The notes under the pieces were generated by a model that searched no databases, was not told the origin of the DNA, and was given only the letters and a program-made list of their open reading frames with translations. From Octopus vulgaris (Eukaryota): 64,000 nt of DNA. Position numbers and translations under genes: made by a program. Below, in pieces: positions 63,901 through 64,000 of this stretch. Position 1 is the stretch's first letter; every line of letters starts with the position of its first letter. Location of the stretch: positions 20,336,001 through 20,400,000 of the forward strand of contig OX597840.1 of the NCBI GenBank assembly GCA_951406725.2, written 5' to 3'.

Positions 63901-64000
63901 GAATGCCATCTAGAGATTATCTACCTATGGAGCATGATGTGGTGGCCAGAATGGCCTGGGACAGGAGAATAAGAGAGAAAACGGATCTTTTCGGTTTGAA

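Overview
Eukaryotic, AT-rich, microsatellite- and SINE-dense DNA; the repeat families look like octopus or another coleoid cephalopod (inference from repeat content). Two minus-strand spliced genes can be read directly. One is the first coding exon of CPSF4/CPSF30 (3713-3815; the rest lies off the left edge). The other is an ABHD4/ABHD5 (CGI-58)-family alpha/beta hydrolase with five confident exons between 30694 and 22947 and two inferred upstream exons (33515-33649, 40391-40416). Two tRNA genes (Lys-CTT, Thr-AGT) lie between the two genes. The rest is tRNA-derived SINEs (about five families), mariner, hAT and piggyBac-type MITEs and relics, three non-autonomous Helitrons, RTE, Hero and R4-like LINE relics, minisatellites and a near-perfect 2-kb tandem duplication. 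The most interesting signal is a set of foldback elements, mostly sitting in (TA)n tracts and resembling Penelope-like derivatives, that carry type I hammerhead ribozyme motifs. One has a canonical core (33909-34001) and several are minimal or variant. A 1.5-kb palindrome carries SINEs at mirror-image positions. Most long ORFs in the supplied track are microsatellite artefacts. All folds and homologies were judged by eye, with no searches run.
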